64,000 nt of DNA from Felis catus (taxonomy: Eukaryota). Position 1 is the stretch's first letter. Every line of letters starts with the position of its first letter. Position numbers and translations under genes: made by a program. Below, in pieces: positions 25,300 to 37,939 of this stretch. Under the pieces are notes generated by a model. The model saw only the letters and a list, made by a program, of their open reading frames with translations. It was not told the DNA's origin and made no database searches. The stretch covers positions 55,368,001-55,432,000 of the forward strand of contig NC_058382.1 of the NCBI RefSeq assembly GCF_018350175.1, written 5' to 3'.

Positions 25300-26160
25300 A
25301 TAAAAAGATATACTTTTACAGAAGCCAACGGAAAGAACTCCAAATGGCCAAAGTTGAAATAATGTGAGCAATAAAATGGTATTGGATTATAACCCAAGGT
25401 ATAAAATGAATATCCATGAGCCCATAATGATATAAATAAATGATCAAATAAATCAATAAATGAGGGAGAAAAGACAAATCTCCCATGCAGAAAAATTCCA
25501 AGTAATTTACATAGATACTTCATTCTAAAAGAAGGGAAGATAGCTGCTTACTCCTTAAGTGTGAGCTATACACAGACTTCCTTCCCGATGGCACAGTACA
25601 GAAAGAGAGTAACTTTACAGTGAAGAAACCTGAGAACATTACTTCGCTCAGGTCACCAAGGATAACATCAACAGTCACAAGTCCTGCTGATAACGTACTC
25701 TTCATATGATGTGATGAAAGGCACTTTATCTCTGTGATCTCCTTCCCCAAACCCATAATCCTAGGCTAATCGTGAGAAAAACATCAGACAAATTCCAGGA
25801 AAGGGGTATCCTACAACACACCTGACCAGTACTCTTTAAAACCATCAAAGATACCAAAGACAAAAAAAGGCTGAGAAACTGCCACGGCCAAGAGAAACCT
25901 AAGGAGACAGGACCACTAAAAGTGTAATGTGGTGTCCTGGATGGGAACAGAAAAAGGACATTAAGTAAAAAGTTAAGGAAATCTGAATAAATATGGAATT
26001 TAGCGAATTGTAATGTATCCATATCGGTTCATTAATTATAGAAAATGTCACATACTAATCTAAGATGTTAATGATGGGGGGAAACTGTATGCAGGGTATG
26101 TGGGAATTCTATACAGTCTTCCTTATTTTTCTACAAATCTAACTGTTCTAGAAAATTTAA
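25300..26160 (+). mobile_element. Old L1M (L1MC-like) 3' region; similar at ~29480-30720
   Basis: acaaatctcccatgcagaa...gagaaaaacatcagacaaattcc...ggtgtcctggatgggaacagaaaaaggacattaagtaaaa. Confidence 0.7.
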
Positions 26161-26600
26161 ATTATTTTTTTTAAAAGGCTGACTTTAATCTTGAGATCTT
26201 AGGCATGAAATAAGATAACATATAAATATAAGGCTCTCAAACCTTTGGGACCTAGTTCCCTTAGACAGGCAAAATTCCTTAGGGCCTGCCTACCACACCC
26301 ATTTCTGCACCAACTTTTTGTTTCCTATATGCCCTAGGGGCAAAACATATTTATGGCAACCAGATCTTGATAGAATGCTGGGTTAAGAGCCATTTGTATA
26401 CTCTAATTTCATATGTGAATACAAAATTTGAGAAGCCTCTAATAAGTTAGTGCATGTAAAAAAAAATGAATGGATGAAAACGGTCATTAAAAAAGGATTT
26501 GAATTTGGTGGGGCAGGGGGAGGGATCTGTTTGTGGCCCATCAGTGCACCATTGGCTATACTTAGAGAATTTATTTTTTATTTATTATTATTTTTTTAGG

Positions 26601-26631
<31 letters not shown>

Positions 26632-27225
26632 CACAAGCAGGGGAGAGGGGCAGAGAGAGAGAGAGAGAGAGAGAGAATCTTAAGCAGGCTCTTGCTCACT
26701 ATGGTGCTCTACATGGGGCTCAATCCCACAACCCTTGGATCATGACATGAGCCAAAATCAAGAGTCGGATGCTCACCTGACTAAGCCATCCAGGCACCCC
26801 TGGGAGATTTTTTTCAATTTTTTTTTAAGCTTATTTTGAGAGAGAGGAAGAGAGAGAAGGAGAGAGAGAATCACAAGCAGGCTCCACACTGCCAGCGTGG
26901 GGCCCGATGTGGGACTTGAACCCAGAAACTGTGAGATCATGACCTGAGCCAAAAGCAAGAGTTGGACGCTCAACTGACTGAGCCACCCAGGCGCCCCTTG
27001 GAGAATGTCTTTTTTTTTTAATCATTGCCTACCTATTGCATGTCATACATGGTGATAGCATATGAATATGAGAAGAGTTGCCATGCATAAATCGTCACTT
27101 CATATTCCACTAAGGGAATTTTTAAAAAAGCAATTCAATCAATAAATATGATAATGTTCGAATTGAAGAAAATGACCAAAAGGCTGAGAAAAAGAATAAT
27201 ATGGTGTGAGATTTGGGATTGCAGA

Positions 27226-27866
27226 ATGGTGTGGGTTGGCTCCCCTGGGAAGCAGACTCTGAGGCAGAGTTGAGCACGCGAGGCGTTTCTTAAGGAGCAT
27301 CCTAGAATGTGCACCTCCGGGGAGGAGAGAAGAAGCAAGGTTCTCAGCCCCTTGGGGAGCTCTAGCACTGAAATGACCCTTCAGATTTCTCCCAGGTTGG
27401 GCTGTAATCACCAGACCTGTGTTTATGCTTTTGCATGGATCAATTGTTGAATGGGGACCACACTGGGGAGGGTGGCTCTCTGTAGCTGAGACAATTGCTG
27501 GAGGAGCTGACTTCTTCTTCTTCTTTTTTAAATGTTTATTTATTTTTGAGAGAGAGAGACAGAGAGAGAGAGACAGAGACAGAGCATGAGCAGGGGAGAG
27601 GCAGAGAGAGAGGGAGACACAGAATCTGAAGCAGGCTCCAGGCTCCAAGGTGTCAGCCTAGAGCCCGACACAGGGCTTGAACTCACAAACTGTGAGATCA
27701 TGAGCTGACCCAAAGTCAGACACTCAACGGACACTCAACCGACTGAGCCACCCCAGCGCCCCTCGAGGAGCTGACTTCTGAAGGATGTCTGCCAACAAAA
27801 CTCTGTTTCTGGGGCAAGTTTTTCTTGAAGGGAATCTGGGTGGCACATCATAGGAACATCCACCAG
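27226..27866 (-). mobile_element. LTR16-like ERVL solo LTR interrupted by a SINE (27516-27762)
   Basis: cccctgggaagcagactctgag...ggaatctgggtggcac motifs; SINE TSD gaggagctgacttct. Confidence 0.7.
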
Positions 27867-28045
27867 AAGAGCGCGGGGACATCTACTTTAAACACAATAG
27901 TCAGGAAGGTCTCTCTGAGGTGGTGATATTTCAGCGAAGGCCGGGAGGATGAGAATGACCCAACAAGGCAAAAACAAAACGGAAAAGATGAGGAAGTATT
28001 ACACGTGTGAAGGTCCTGAGGTAGGAAAAAATGTAGTGTGGATAC

Positions 28046-28249
28046 CTCAGATATGAGCCATCAGGCGCCAAGCTAATATTCTTTTTCTTCCCTGAGGAAC
28101 ATCTTTTCTAAGTTCCTGAAAACCAACTGCAGGTTCCCTGAGCTGCTTCATGTTTCCAGCTGTGTGCTGGGGTCAGCTTCTACCAGCTTTAGAGAGACGA
28201 TTGTTGAATACTCAGAAATTTGGGGCGCTGATTGTTAAACCATCGACAG
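28046..28249 (-). pseudogene. Pseudo-exon, 204 nt
   Basis: Acceptor cctttgcag (directly abutting an MLT1 LTR), donor GAG|gtatcc. VDGLTISAPNF*VFNNRLSKAGRS*PQHTAGNMKQLREPAVGFQELRKDVPQGRKRILAWRLMAHI*, phase 1 to 1. Confidence 0.5.
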
Positions 28250-28258
28250 CTGCAAAGG

Positions 28259-28830
28259 TGTCTTAGCTCAGGCTGCTCTAAAAAGGCACCATAAACTGGG
28301 CAGCTAACAAACAAGAGAAATGTGGGGCGTCTGGCTGGCTCAGTCAGTCGAGCATCTGACTTCGGTTCGGGTCGTGATCTCACAGTTCACGGGTTCAAGC
28401 CCCGTGTCGGGCTCTGTGCTGAGGCAGCTCAGAGCCTGGAGCCTGCTTTGGATTCTGTGTCTCCCTCTCTCTCTGCCCCTTCCCTGGCTTGTGCTTTGTC
28501 TGTCTGTCTGTCTGTCTCTCAAATAAATAAATAAATAAATAAGTAAACATTAAAACAAAAATTTAAAAAACAAGAGAAATGCATTTCTCACAGTTCTGGC
28601 GCCCACGTAGTCAGGTTCTGGGGAGAATCCTTTTCCAGGTCGCTGGCTGCTGATTCTCCTTGTATCGTCCCCTGCAAGAAAGTGAGCAGACTAGCTCTAC
28701 AGTCTACAGACTAGCTTCTAAGAGCACTAATCCCATCCAAGAGGTTCCAACCTCATGAGCTAATCACCTCTCGAAGGCCCCAGCTCCTAATTCCATCACG
28801 TTGGGATTAGGGTTTCAAAATATGAATGTT
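28259..28830 (-). mobile_element. MLT1A-like solo LTR with an inserted SINE (28324-28567)
   Basis: tgtcttagctcaggctgct...tttctcacagttctgg...gattagggtttcaaaatatgaat; SINE TSD aaacaagagaaatg. Confidence 0.75.
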
Positions 28831-31800
28831 GAGGAATGTCATTGCTTCTAAGCCTTTTGAGAGGACAGAACTGAAGAAAATGTGATGTTTGGAAAGGGTA
28901 TTGATGCTTTTAATCCAAATTTAAGATGCCAGGGATTTTACTGAATTACTTCGATGCTGAAAATCTTGGTTCCGAATGACATTAACATAATACTTCATTT
29001 GCTTTATTCTTTTCTTTTTTAAAGCGTATTTCTTTGTTATCTCTGCTCCCAACATGGGGCTCGAACTCAGGACCCCGGATCAAGAGTTGCATTCTCCACC
29101 CACTGAGCCAGCCAGGTGCCCCTTATTTGCTTTATTCTTGATATACATATGGCAGTTCAAAATAATCATAAATTACAATAATAATTATGGTAAGGCTAAC
29201 ATTTTTAAGTGTTAACATTTTAACATTTAAAAATGTTGTCAGGGGTGCCTGGGTGGCTCGGTCAGTTAAGCGTCCGACTTCGGCTCAGGTCATGATCTCA
29301 CAGTTTGTGAGTTCGAGCCCCGAGTCAGGCTCTGTGCTGACAGCTCAGAGCCTAGAGCCTGTTTCAGATTCTGTGTCTCCCTCTCTCTCTGCCCCTCCCC
29401 CGTTCATGCTCTGTCTCTCTCTCTGTCTCAAAAATAAATAAACGTTAAAAAAAATAACATAAAATAAAAATGTTGTCAGTCTTCACAATTTTAGTTAATA
29501 AATGCGAAAGAAGTGACAAGTAGAAGAATCATTTTGTGTGTGTGTACGTGTGTGTATGCGTGTATGTGTTATCTTGAATGAAATAGTGAAGGAGGCAATG
29601 ATCATTAATGTAGGCTAAGCCTCCTGTGAAAGTTTGACGGGAAGCCTTGAATTATATGGTTGGGTTGCCAGCACCTGAATTTGCTGATCAATCACCATCA
29701 TTAAAAGTGCAACATGACTCATGCTTGCTCTTGTGGGTGGTGCAACAGGAGGCATCCAGCACTGCCTACGAGGCAGTCTTGGGGGGAGAAAAATGAACCT
29801 AAATCAACTTAAGCCTCTAGATCTAACTTTACCGGAAATACAGAAGACAGAGGAGCAAATTAAAGAACAGAATAAGGAAGCAGTTTGCCAAACTTAGAAT
29901 GTGGGGTATCATTTAGAATAAATAATAATAATAATAATTAATAATTAATAATAATTATTTAGGATAAATGCCACGGTTTCCTCAACAAATAAATGGGATG
30001 AAAAAGGGAATAGAATCCTGTAGAAGAGATGACACTTCAGAGACATGAAGACCAAATGTGACGCGTGGAACTTGTTTGCGCCTTGAGTCAAACCGACTGT
30101 AAAAAGACATTTTGGGAATGAACGGGGAAAGAGGAGTACATCCTAGGTATTAGATGACAGTGAACAAGAATTGTTGGGGCACCGGGGTGGCTCAGCTGGT
30201 TAAGCTACTCACTTTGGCTCAGGTTATGATCTCACAGTTTGTGGGTTCGGAGAATGACCCTGCTTTGGATTCTGTGTCTCGCTCTTTGCCCCTCCCGCAC
30301 TCATGCTCCATCTCTCTCTCTCACCTCTCTCTCAAAAATAAATAAACATAAAGAAGGAATTGTTACTTTTTGCAAGCTTATAAAGACCATGTAGTTATAT
30401 TTGAAAAGTCCTTGCTTTTTGGTGGTGTATACTGACATAATTATAGGTTTATGGATAACATGATATTAAGGGTGGGATTTGCTTTAAAATGTAGGAGAAA
30501 AAGGGGTGCCTGGCTGGCTCAGTCAGAAGAGCGTGTGACTCTTGATCTCAAGGTCGTAAGTTCGAGCTCCATGTTGGGTGGAGAGATTACTTAAATAAAT
30601 AAATAAATTTTAAAAAAAATGCAGAGAAAAGGGGGAAACTGTTGGGGGAGGAAATAAAACAGAACATTGATAATTCTTGTAGATGGAAGATGGGTACATA
30701 GTCCATTATACAAGGTTTTCTTGTAGGGAATAGTTTTTTAAAAATTCAAATGGCAAGGAATGGCGAAAGGGACATGCATAAGCATTCCAGGCAGAATGTC
30801 CGATGTAATCAAAGATGTGGGTGAGGGGACACCAAGGATGTTCTAGGTATGGTTCCGCGTGGCATTCAGGATGCAAGCAGAAGGAGAGGGGGGATACACT
30901 TGGAAATGTAGATTGGAACCAGATGGCACAGCCTTTGCTGCTGAACTGAGGAAACTGAATTTTAGCTTGTGGTCAGTGGAAATGTCTAAGGCTGGAGGCA
31001 GAGGAAGGGTAGGCTCAGGGACAGAACTGGGGCTCTGAGGTGCAGACATACGGCCGGGCAGGGGCTGGCAGGGGCTGGCAGGCTGGAGAGGAGGAGCAGC
31101 GAGTCCAGGAAACCAGTACAGAGTGGGGCGAAGAGAAAGGTGATGGTGCCTGATGCTTCCACGTAATCAGTGGGCGTTTTGTCATTAGGCAAATATTTAC
31201 AGAGCAACTACAACATGCCGAGCGCTGTTTTGGGCACAGGAGGTAGAATTGTGGACTAGATAGCACCAGAGTCCCGGCCTGATGGAGGGGACCTAGTTCT
31301 TTCTCTCTCCTGCCAGTATTCTTCTCCGATGGAATATTTACTAAAGAAGGGATTTGGGGTTCCCTATAAATATTACCTATGGCCTATAGTTCCCAGAGCT
31401 TTCTATTTATAACATTCACCACTCTGTATTGTAATAATTTACCTAATGTCTGTCTTCCTCCTAGCTAGAGTTTCTCAACCTTAACACTACTGCTATTTGG
31501 AGCCAGATAACTTTTTGTGGTGGGGTTTGCCCTGTGAGCTACAGGATGTCAAGTAACATCCCCACATCTACCCATTGGATCATCAGAGTTGTGACCAAAA
31601 AAAAAAAAAAAAGCCTTCACATATTACCCAATATCCAGGGGAGCAAAGTCACCCTGGTTGAGATCCCCACCTTAGATCAGTGTTTCTCAACCGTGACTGC
31701 ACACGGGAATCACCTGGAGAGCTTTAGAAACTGTTGCCAGCATTTAGTCCCATCTCAGACCAACTAAATTAAGACTGTCTGGGCATGTGGCCTGGGCACT

Positions 31801-32014
31801 GATTTTTTTAGAGTGTCCCAGGGATTTCAGTGGGACTCAGGATTAAGGCAGTAAGCACCATGAAGTTGGGGAGAGGTCTCTCTTTGATGGTGGTGTTTCT
31901 GGGACTTAGCCCAGGGATTCCTAGATGGATGATGCATGCACAAATGAATGAATGTGGAGATAGGAAGACACGTCCGAAGTTAAAAGTGGCATTTAGGGAA
32001 AGCCAGCGCCCTAC

Positions 32015-32132
32015 CTCTATTTATGGTCATGGATACCAACTGTTGGCTCATCTCTCCCTATTTTCTTTCTTTATGAGAAGGTGGGTACTTAGTGGATTAG
32101 AGAAAAAAACCCAAAAAGCACTCTCCAAATCT
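32015..32132 (-). pseudogene. Pseudo-exon, 118 nt
   Basis: Acceptor gtgtctttgcag, donor GAG|gtaggg. RFGECFLGFFL*STKYPPSHKERK*GEMSQQLVSMTINR, phase 0 to 1. Confidence 0.55.
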
Positions 32133-32232
32133 CTGCAAAGACACCCTTAGAGGAAATGGTGCTGGGAAGTCTTGGCTGAGTCCCCTAGTACTGTCAACAG
32201 GGAGTTTCCCCTGCCCTAATCTGGGTACTCAG

Positions 32233-32397
32233 CCAGAGTACCCAAGACTCAAAGAGGAGTCTTTCTAATGGTGTCTGGGCTTGGCCAAGGATTTCTGAAA
32301 TTCTGATCATTTCAGCTGACCACACATCTTCCCCATCAGCATGGGTTTCAGGGATGTCAGTACTGAGACATGTCCATTGTTTCTTAACTAGAATAAC
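32233..32397 (-). pseudogene. Pseudo-exon (donor either TGG|gtactc at 32242 or mutated TGG|ctgagt at 32233)
   Basis: Acceptor catctattcag. VILVKKQWTCLSTDIPETHADGEDVWSAEMIRISEILGQAQTPLERLLFESW, same frame as ORF 32194..32457. Confidence 0.6.
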
Positions 32398-32775
32398 CTG
32401 AATAGATGTAATATGAAATTTTGGACAATTATGATGCCATTTCCTACTGCACCCCAACCTTGGTGGCCATCTGATGGCAGGCTGACCTGGGTTGACCTGG
32501 ATTTTTTCATCATGAGGTGCAGAAAAGGAGATATGGAGATGGCTGTCAAAATCTTAGTATGGAAGGCAAGGGGACTGAATGGAGGTGAGGATCAGGAGAA
32601 GGCACTGGTCTTGTGTAACTGGAAGGAGAGTGATGTCATTTAGGAGAATAAGGAATTCTAGAAGGTGAAGCCATAGGTGATGAATTTGGGGTGGCCACAG
32701 GGGAAGTTCAGGAGAGACATCAGGACTGGACTGTGGTCTGGGAGTCTAGCCCTTGCCCAAGCCCAGCAGAGTCAC

Positions 32776-32906
32776 TTTTGCTTTTTGCAGCCAGTCTAGG
32801 AGCTCTTCCCTCATGCACCACTTGAGAACAAATTGTTGCATTTCCCCTTCTGGATGAGCAGGTGTAAGCCGTTGGTGCTGTTGCACGGATGATAGGAATC
32901 CATCCT
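32776..32906 (-). pseudogene. Pseudo-exon, 131 nt
   Basis: Acceptor cctctcttcccag, donor AAA|gtgact. DGFLSSVQQHQRLTPAHPEGEMQQFVLKWCMREELLDWLQKAK, open, phase 1 to 0. Confidence 0.6.
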
Positions 32907-33502
32907 CTGGGAAGAGAGGTGGCACCAGTGATGGAGACCCTTCTCTGGCAGACAGCTCTCATTGGTGTCCCCACTTTGTGCATCCTCCCTGCCCATCTTC
33001 TGCCCAAGGTGCTCAAAGAGACAATGACTCATAGAAGGAAAAGAACGTGCCTTAGAAGAGCAAATCTGGGTTCAAAAGACAACTCTAGCATATCCCAGAT
33101 GTGTGGCCTTGAACAAGTATTGAATGTTTTGGCATCTCAGTTGGCCATCTTAAGAAAGGAATAGCAGGGGCGCTTGGGTGGCTCAGTCAGTTGAGCATCT
33201 GACTCTTGATTTTGGCACAGGTCAAGATCTCAAAGTTTTGTGAGTTCGAGCTCTACGTCGGACTCTGTGCTGGTGGAGCAGAGCCTGCTTGGGATTCTCC
33301 CTCTCTCTCTCTGCCCCTCCCCTGCTCATGCGGTCTCTGTTCCCTGTCTCTGTCTCTCTCAAAATAAATAAATAAACTTTAAAAAAAGATGGCAATAGCA
33401 TGGCATAATTATTCATAAAGATTCTATTTCAGGGAAAAAAATGCATTTATTTCCATTACAGAATGGACTTTTCCCGGGGCCACACCACCCAACAGTTACT
33501 AC

Positions 33503-33564
33503 CTTGAGAATACCACTGGCAAAGGAGGTGGTGTTGGTGGTACAGTTGCAAGTATTTGCTCTTC
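33503..33564 (-). pseudogene. Pseudo-exon, 62 nt
   Basis: Acceptor ctcttaacccag, donor AAG|gtagta. KSKYLQLYHQHHLLCQWYSQ in the chain frame; other frames are also open. Confidence 0.5.
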
Positions 33565-33886
33565 CTGGGTTAAGAGCTGAGCCTTAAATGACCCTCAGGG
33601 AAGCCTTAAGTGCACTAGAGTTTTATTTTATTTATCTACCATTTTATCAACCCTAATATATTTTATAGGGAACAGGCAGTGACAACACGAGGGTGGCAAT
33701 CTGATGGATTGCTTAAGTCTTAAGCAAGGGAGGAGACAGTCATTTCCTCCTCAGTTTTGCACAGGTTTCAAGATAAGCATCTCTGGGCCCAGATGACTTT
33801 TGTAAGTGGGACAAAGTACATCAAGGGTCTTGGAGGCTCACAAGGCTACAGGAGTGGGGCAGGTATCATTAGGAATGCCGGGAGTG

Positions 33887-34023
33887 CATAGAGGAGGGCA
33901 CTTGTTGGGATGAGCACTGGGTGTTGTATGTTAGCCAATTTGACGATAAATTTTATTTAAAATAAATAAATAAACAAATAAGTAAATAAGTAAGTGAATG
34001 AATGAATGAATAAATAAATAAAA
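33887..34023 (+). mobile_element. Very short 5'-truncated L1 (3' UTR end + A-rich tail)
   Basis: Same 3' end motif as 14720-14795; imperfect TSD aggaat(g/t)c(c/t)gggagtg at 33871-33886 and 34024-34039. Confidence 0.85.
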
Positions 34024-34184
34024 AGGAATTCTGGGAGTGGCACATGCCCACCATGGAGCCCTGCTCTGAGAGTATGGCCCATGGCAGGGAGCATAGGGAT
34101 CCTCAGTTTCAAGTCAGGGGTTCCTTGTTGGAATGCAGGCCTGCAGTTGGCTTATCTCCCGGTTAACCAAGAGAAACCATTCAC

Positions 34185-34543
34185 CTGGATTCTCAGGTGA
34201 ACTCCCCTGATTCTAGGTGTTAGTTTAGATTTCTACAAAACGCCCTGTGCAAGCAAAACACATATCAGACCATGCTCTTATTGATACATAGCAGATCTTC
34301 AGTTTGTGTTTGTGCGTTCGACTGTTAGAAGTGAAATCCACTGTGAGAAAAGCCCTCAATACCTCCGAAGATGCCTATACCCCTAAGAAGCCCTGCTTGT
34401 GGCTGCTGTTGGTCCAAGAGATCACTGGCAACGGGAGGACTTGGAGGGGCCTTAGGGACAGGGTGTGGGAGAGATGGGACCACTGGCAGAAAGTAGAGCC
34501 GATGACCCAAGAACTGAACTGACAATTCTTTTGGTTCCAGGAA
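34185..34543 (-). pseudogene. Pseudo-exon block (possibly two exons; internal acceptor gives a start at 34244)
   Basis: Acceptor ttggctgcttctag, donor CAG|gtgaat. FLEPKELSVQFLGHRLYFLPVVPSLPHPVPKAPPSPPVASDLLDQQQPQAGLLRG..., then 4 stops if read as one exon. Confidence 0.6.
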
Positions 34544-36215
34544 CTAGAAGCAGCCAATGAAAGTAGTAGCAGGGTTGAAGAACACAGCTGCCATTTACTT
34601 AACAAACACCTGAATAGTAAATGCCCTGTGCCAGGCCTTGTGCCAATTACTTTAATTAATCAAACCATTTTAATCCTTCTAACAAACCTAGGAAGCAGGT
34701 GCTAGTATCGCCCTACATTACAGATGAGGAAACTGAGGCACAGAGGGGTTGATGGGCCAAAGTCACATGAGTGACTTTGGTAAGTGGCAGAGCCAGGATT
34801 TGAACTCAAGTCTCCTAGCTCCAGAATCCAGGCTCAGACCATTTCTCCATGCTGCATTTGTTAAATTAATTAATTAATTTTTTATTAAAAATTTTTTTAT
34901 TGTTTTTTGAGAGACAGAGACAGACAGAGTACGAGCAGGGGAGGGGCAGAGAGAGAGGAAGTCACAGAATCTGAAGCAGGCTCCAGGCTCTGAGCTGTCA
35001 GCACAGAGCCCAACACAGAGCTCGAACTCATGAAATGTGAGATCATGATCTGAGCAGAAGTTGGATGCTTAATTGACTGAGCCACCTAGGCATCCCTATT
35101 TTTAGTTTTTAAAGTTTATTTATTTTGAGAGAGACAGAGACAGCGCAAGTGGGGGAGGGGCAGGGATAGAGAGAGAGGGAGAGAGAGAATTCCAAGCAGG
35201 CTCCACACTGCCAGCACAGAGCCTGATGAAGGGTTCGAACCCACGAACCAGGAGATCATGACCTAAGCCGAAACCAAGAGTCAGAAGCTTAACTGACTCA
35301 GCTACCCAGGCATCCCTCTCTGTTGCATTTTAATAGGGAGAATTTCATCTCATTATGAAAAATAATGGTTTGTGGTTTTGAAGACAACGTAGAAATGTAT
35401 AAAAATGGTTTACCTAATATTAATTTAAAAATTAGTTGTCAAATTATATGTGTGCTATAACTGGAATTGTTAAAGAACAATGTGCAGAAAGAAGTCTAGA
35501 AGAAAAAACATGAAGCCTATAAAAGTTGTGCTACATTGGTAAGATAAATAGGGATTTCTTCTTTTACTTCCCCATTGTTGATTTAAAAAAAATTTTTTTT
35601 ACATTTATTTATTTTTGAGAGACAGAGAGGGACAGAGCACAAGTTGGGGAGGGGCAGAGATGAAAGGAGACACAGAATCCGAAGCAGGTTCCAGGTTCCG
35701 AGCTGTCAGCACAGAGCCCGATGTGGGGCTCGAACTCACCGACCGTGAGATCATGACCTGAGCCGAGGTCGGACGCCTAACCGACTGAGCCACCCAGGCG
35801 CCGCCCTGTTGTTGATCTTAAAGTTTCATTACTTGTAGGATGTTTGGATAATGACTAGAAATTTACAGGCTTACACATTCTTCCCTCTTCGTCCCTCTTT
35901 CTGAATGTAGCTTCCAAGGGGGGCACCTGCGTGGCACAGTCGGTTAAGCGTCCGACCTCGGCTCAGGTCATGATCTCACGGTCAGTGGGTTTGAGCCCCG
36001 CATCAGGCTCTGTGCTGACAGCTCAGAGCCTGGAGCCTGCTTCGGATTCTGTGTCTCCCTCTCTCTCCCTCTGTCTCTCTCTCTCTGTGCCCCTCCCCAG
36101 CTCATGTTCTCTCCCTCAAAAATAAACGGACATTAAAAGAACTAAAGGAAAAAAAAAAGACTTGAATGTCGCTTCCAAGGGACCAGCTTGTATCCAAGAG
36201 CACACGAAGTCTCAC

Positions 36216-36253
36216 CTTTACAGGGTGGTGTGTTACATTCAAGGGACATGGTC
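36216..36253 (-). pseudogene. Pseudo-exon, 38 nt
   Basis: Acceptor gttctttag, strong donor AAG|gtgaga. PCPLNVTHHPVK, phase 1 to 0. Confidence 0.55.
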
Positions 36254-36502
36254 CTAAAGAACTTCTGAACTTCACAATTTACCTAATTTAAGATTTGAAC
36301 AAACGTTGGACTATTTCTGTTCACCAGCTAATCCAGCACTCTCGAGTAGCAATGGCATAAATCTAGTTCCCATGAGCCCACCAGCTTTGAGACTACACAA
36401 TTGTTAACTCTTTTGAATTAAAGGGATTCATACTGTTTCCATTTTGCACATAAAGGGAGACTTTATTAATATTTTTAGAATGAATCCATATTTCAAACTC
36501 AC

Positions 36503-36568
36503 TCCTGTCTTGCACAGATTTCGTTTAAATGCTCATTACTTGCTCCAAGTTGATATATTTCTAGGCTA
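36503..36568 (-). pseudogene. Pseudo-exon (most 5' one found)
   Basis: Acceptor tcattctatctctag (alternative AGs give starts 36565 or 36560), donor GGA|gtgagt. KYINLEQVMSI*TKSVQDR, ends phase 1. Confidence 0.55.
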
Positions 36569-37939
36569 CTAGAGATAGAATGATCTCAAAGGGCATAGCT
36601 TAAACCCAACTCCAGCATGTCATCCACCCTCTACCAGGGATGGATGTCCAACTCAACAAATGTTTTGTTGAGTACTTACTTTGAGTCAGGTACTATCAAC
36701 ATGAGTGACAGGATTCTCTGTTCTGAAAGCATTCACATTCCAATGCCTTCTTAAATGCCCATTTAGTCAACACATGCTTTTTACTGACCATCTTCTTTGT
36801 GCTAAATCCTATGCGCTAAAAGAATGGAATATTTTTAAAGATTTTATTTATTTATTTTAAGCAATCTCTACACCTGACATGGGGATCGAACTCATGACCC
36901 TGAGATCAAAAGTCATGTGCTCTGCCAACTGAGCCAGCCAGGTGCTCCAAAGAATTGAATATTTTATATCCCAGCTGTTTAGATCCTGGACCCTGCTTGG
37001 GTTCCAACCTAACCCTGCCATGTCCCAGCTGAACGATTTAACTCTTTTTGTGTCTCGGTTTCCTCCTCTGTAACTGATGGTAGTAAAATGACTTACCTTT
37101 CAGAGTGGTTGGGAGCATGTAATGAGTTAGTATGTGAGAGGCTGGCAGGAACTTGGTGAACACGCAATCCATGCAGGGTGTGGTTATTTTCAGAGATTAC
37201 CATTAGAGAGCCCTTATGAGACACTTGCCTTTTCCCCAAGGCCCCAGCCTTGTCTTGGGGTTTCCAGAGTACACAAGGATTCTCAACAGGGAGCGGCTTT
37301 CTTTCCCAAGGTGTGCTGACACTTGCATAGGCTCAGGGCTAGCACAGCCTGATCTTTAACACTGTAAATCACAAACGATGTCCTGGTTAGAGCCACGATA
37401 CCGATAAGAGCCGCTTACAACATATGGGGTCTTGTGTAAAACATCTACTGTGTGTTACCTCCCAACATCAGCCTAGGAGGGAGGTACTGTCATAACCCCA
37501 CTTCCCAGATGAAGAAATAGAGGGTCCACACAACTACACAGAACATTCTCCAAAACTCATGTGTGGAAGACGCAGATTCAGGCAGCATGCATCTTAACTG
37601 AGATGTTGAATTGATCCTCACTAGACACAAATTCTTCGTCTACCAATTTGTGCATGCAAAGGCCTGAAAATCAGGAAGGATAACAGCTTTATTATTTTTT
37701 TTAATCTATATAATTATTACTGGGAACAGGCACTGCTAAACACATCACAAATATTAACTGGTTTAGGTATCATTAGTAAGTCCACTTTACAGATGTGGAA
37801 ACGGAGACACAGGGAAGTTAAATAACTTGACCAGGGTTGCATAGGTAGGGATGGTGGGACCAAGGCTCACACCCAGGCCTCTGTGCTGTGCCTTCTTACA
37901 GATAAGGATAAGCAGATGGCCTTCTATGAACTTTGGCTT

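Larger units (their letters stand above)
7436..36568 (-). pseudogene. Decayed multi-exon protein-coding gene (about 16 exons, ~950 codons); tentatively the 3' half of a WDR87/WDR97-like paralog
   Basis: Series of non-repeat islands bounded by pyrimidine-tract+AG acceptors and GT donors on the minus strand. Exon lengths give a mostly continuous frame that coincides with six ORF-track ORFs (34325..34525, 32194..32457, 23500..23763, 19714..19965, 8957..9265, 7774..7983). Many in-frame TAA/TAG/TGA. Family call rests only on recalled C-terminal motif similarity. Confidence 0.72.
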
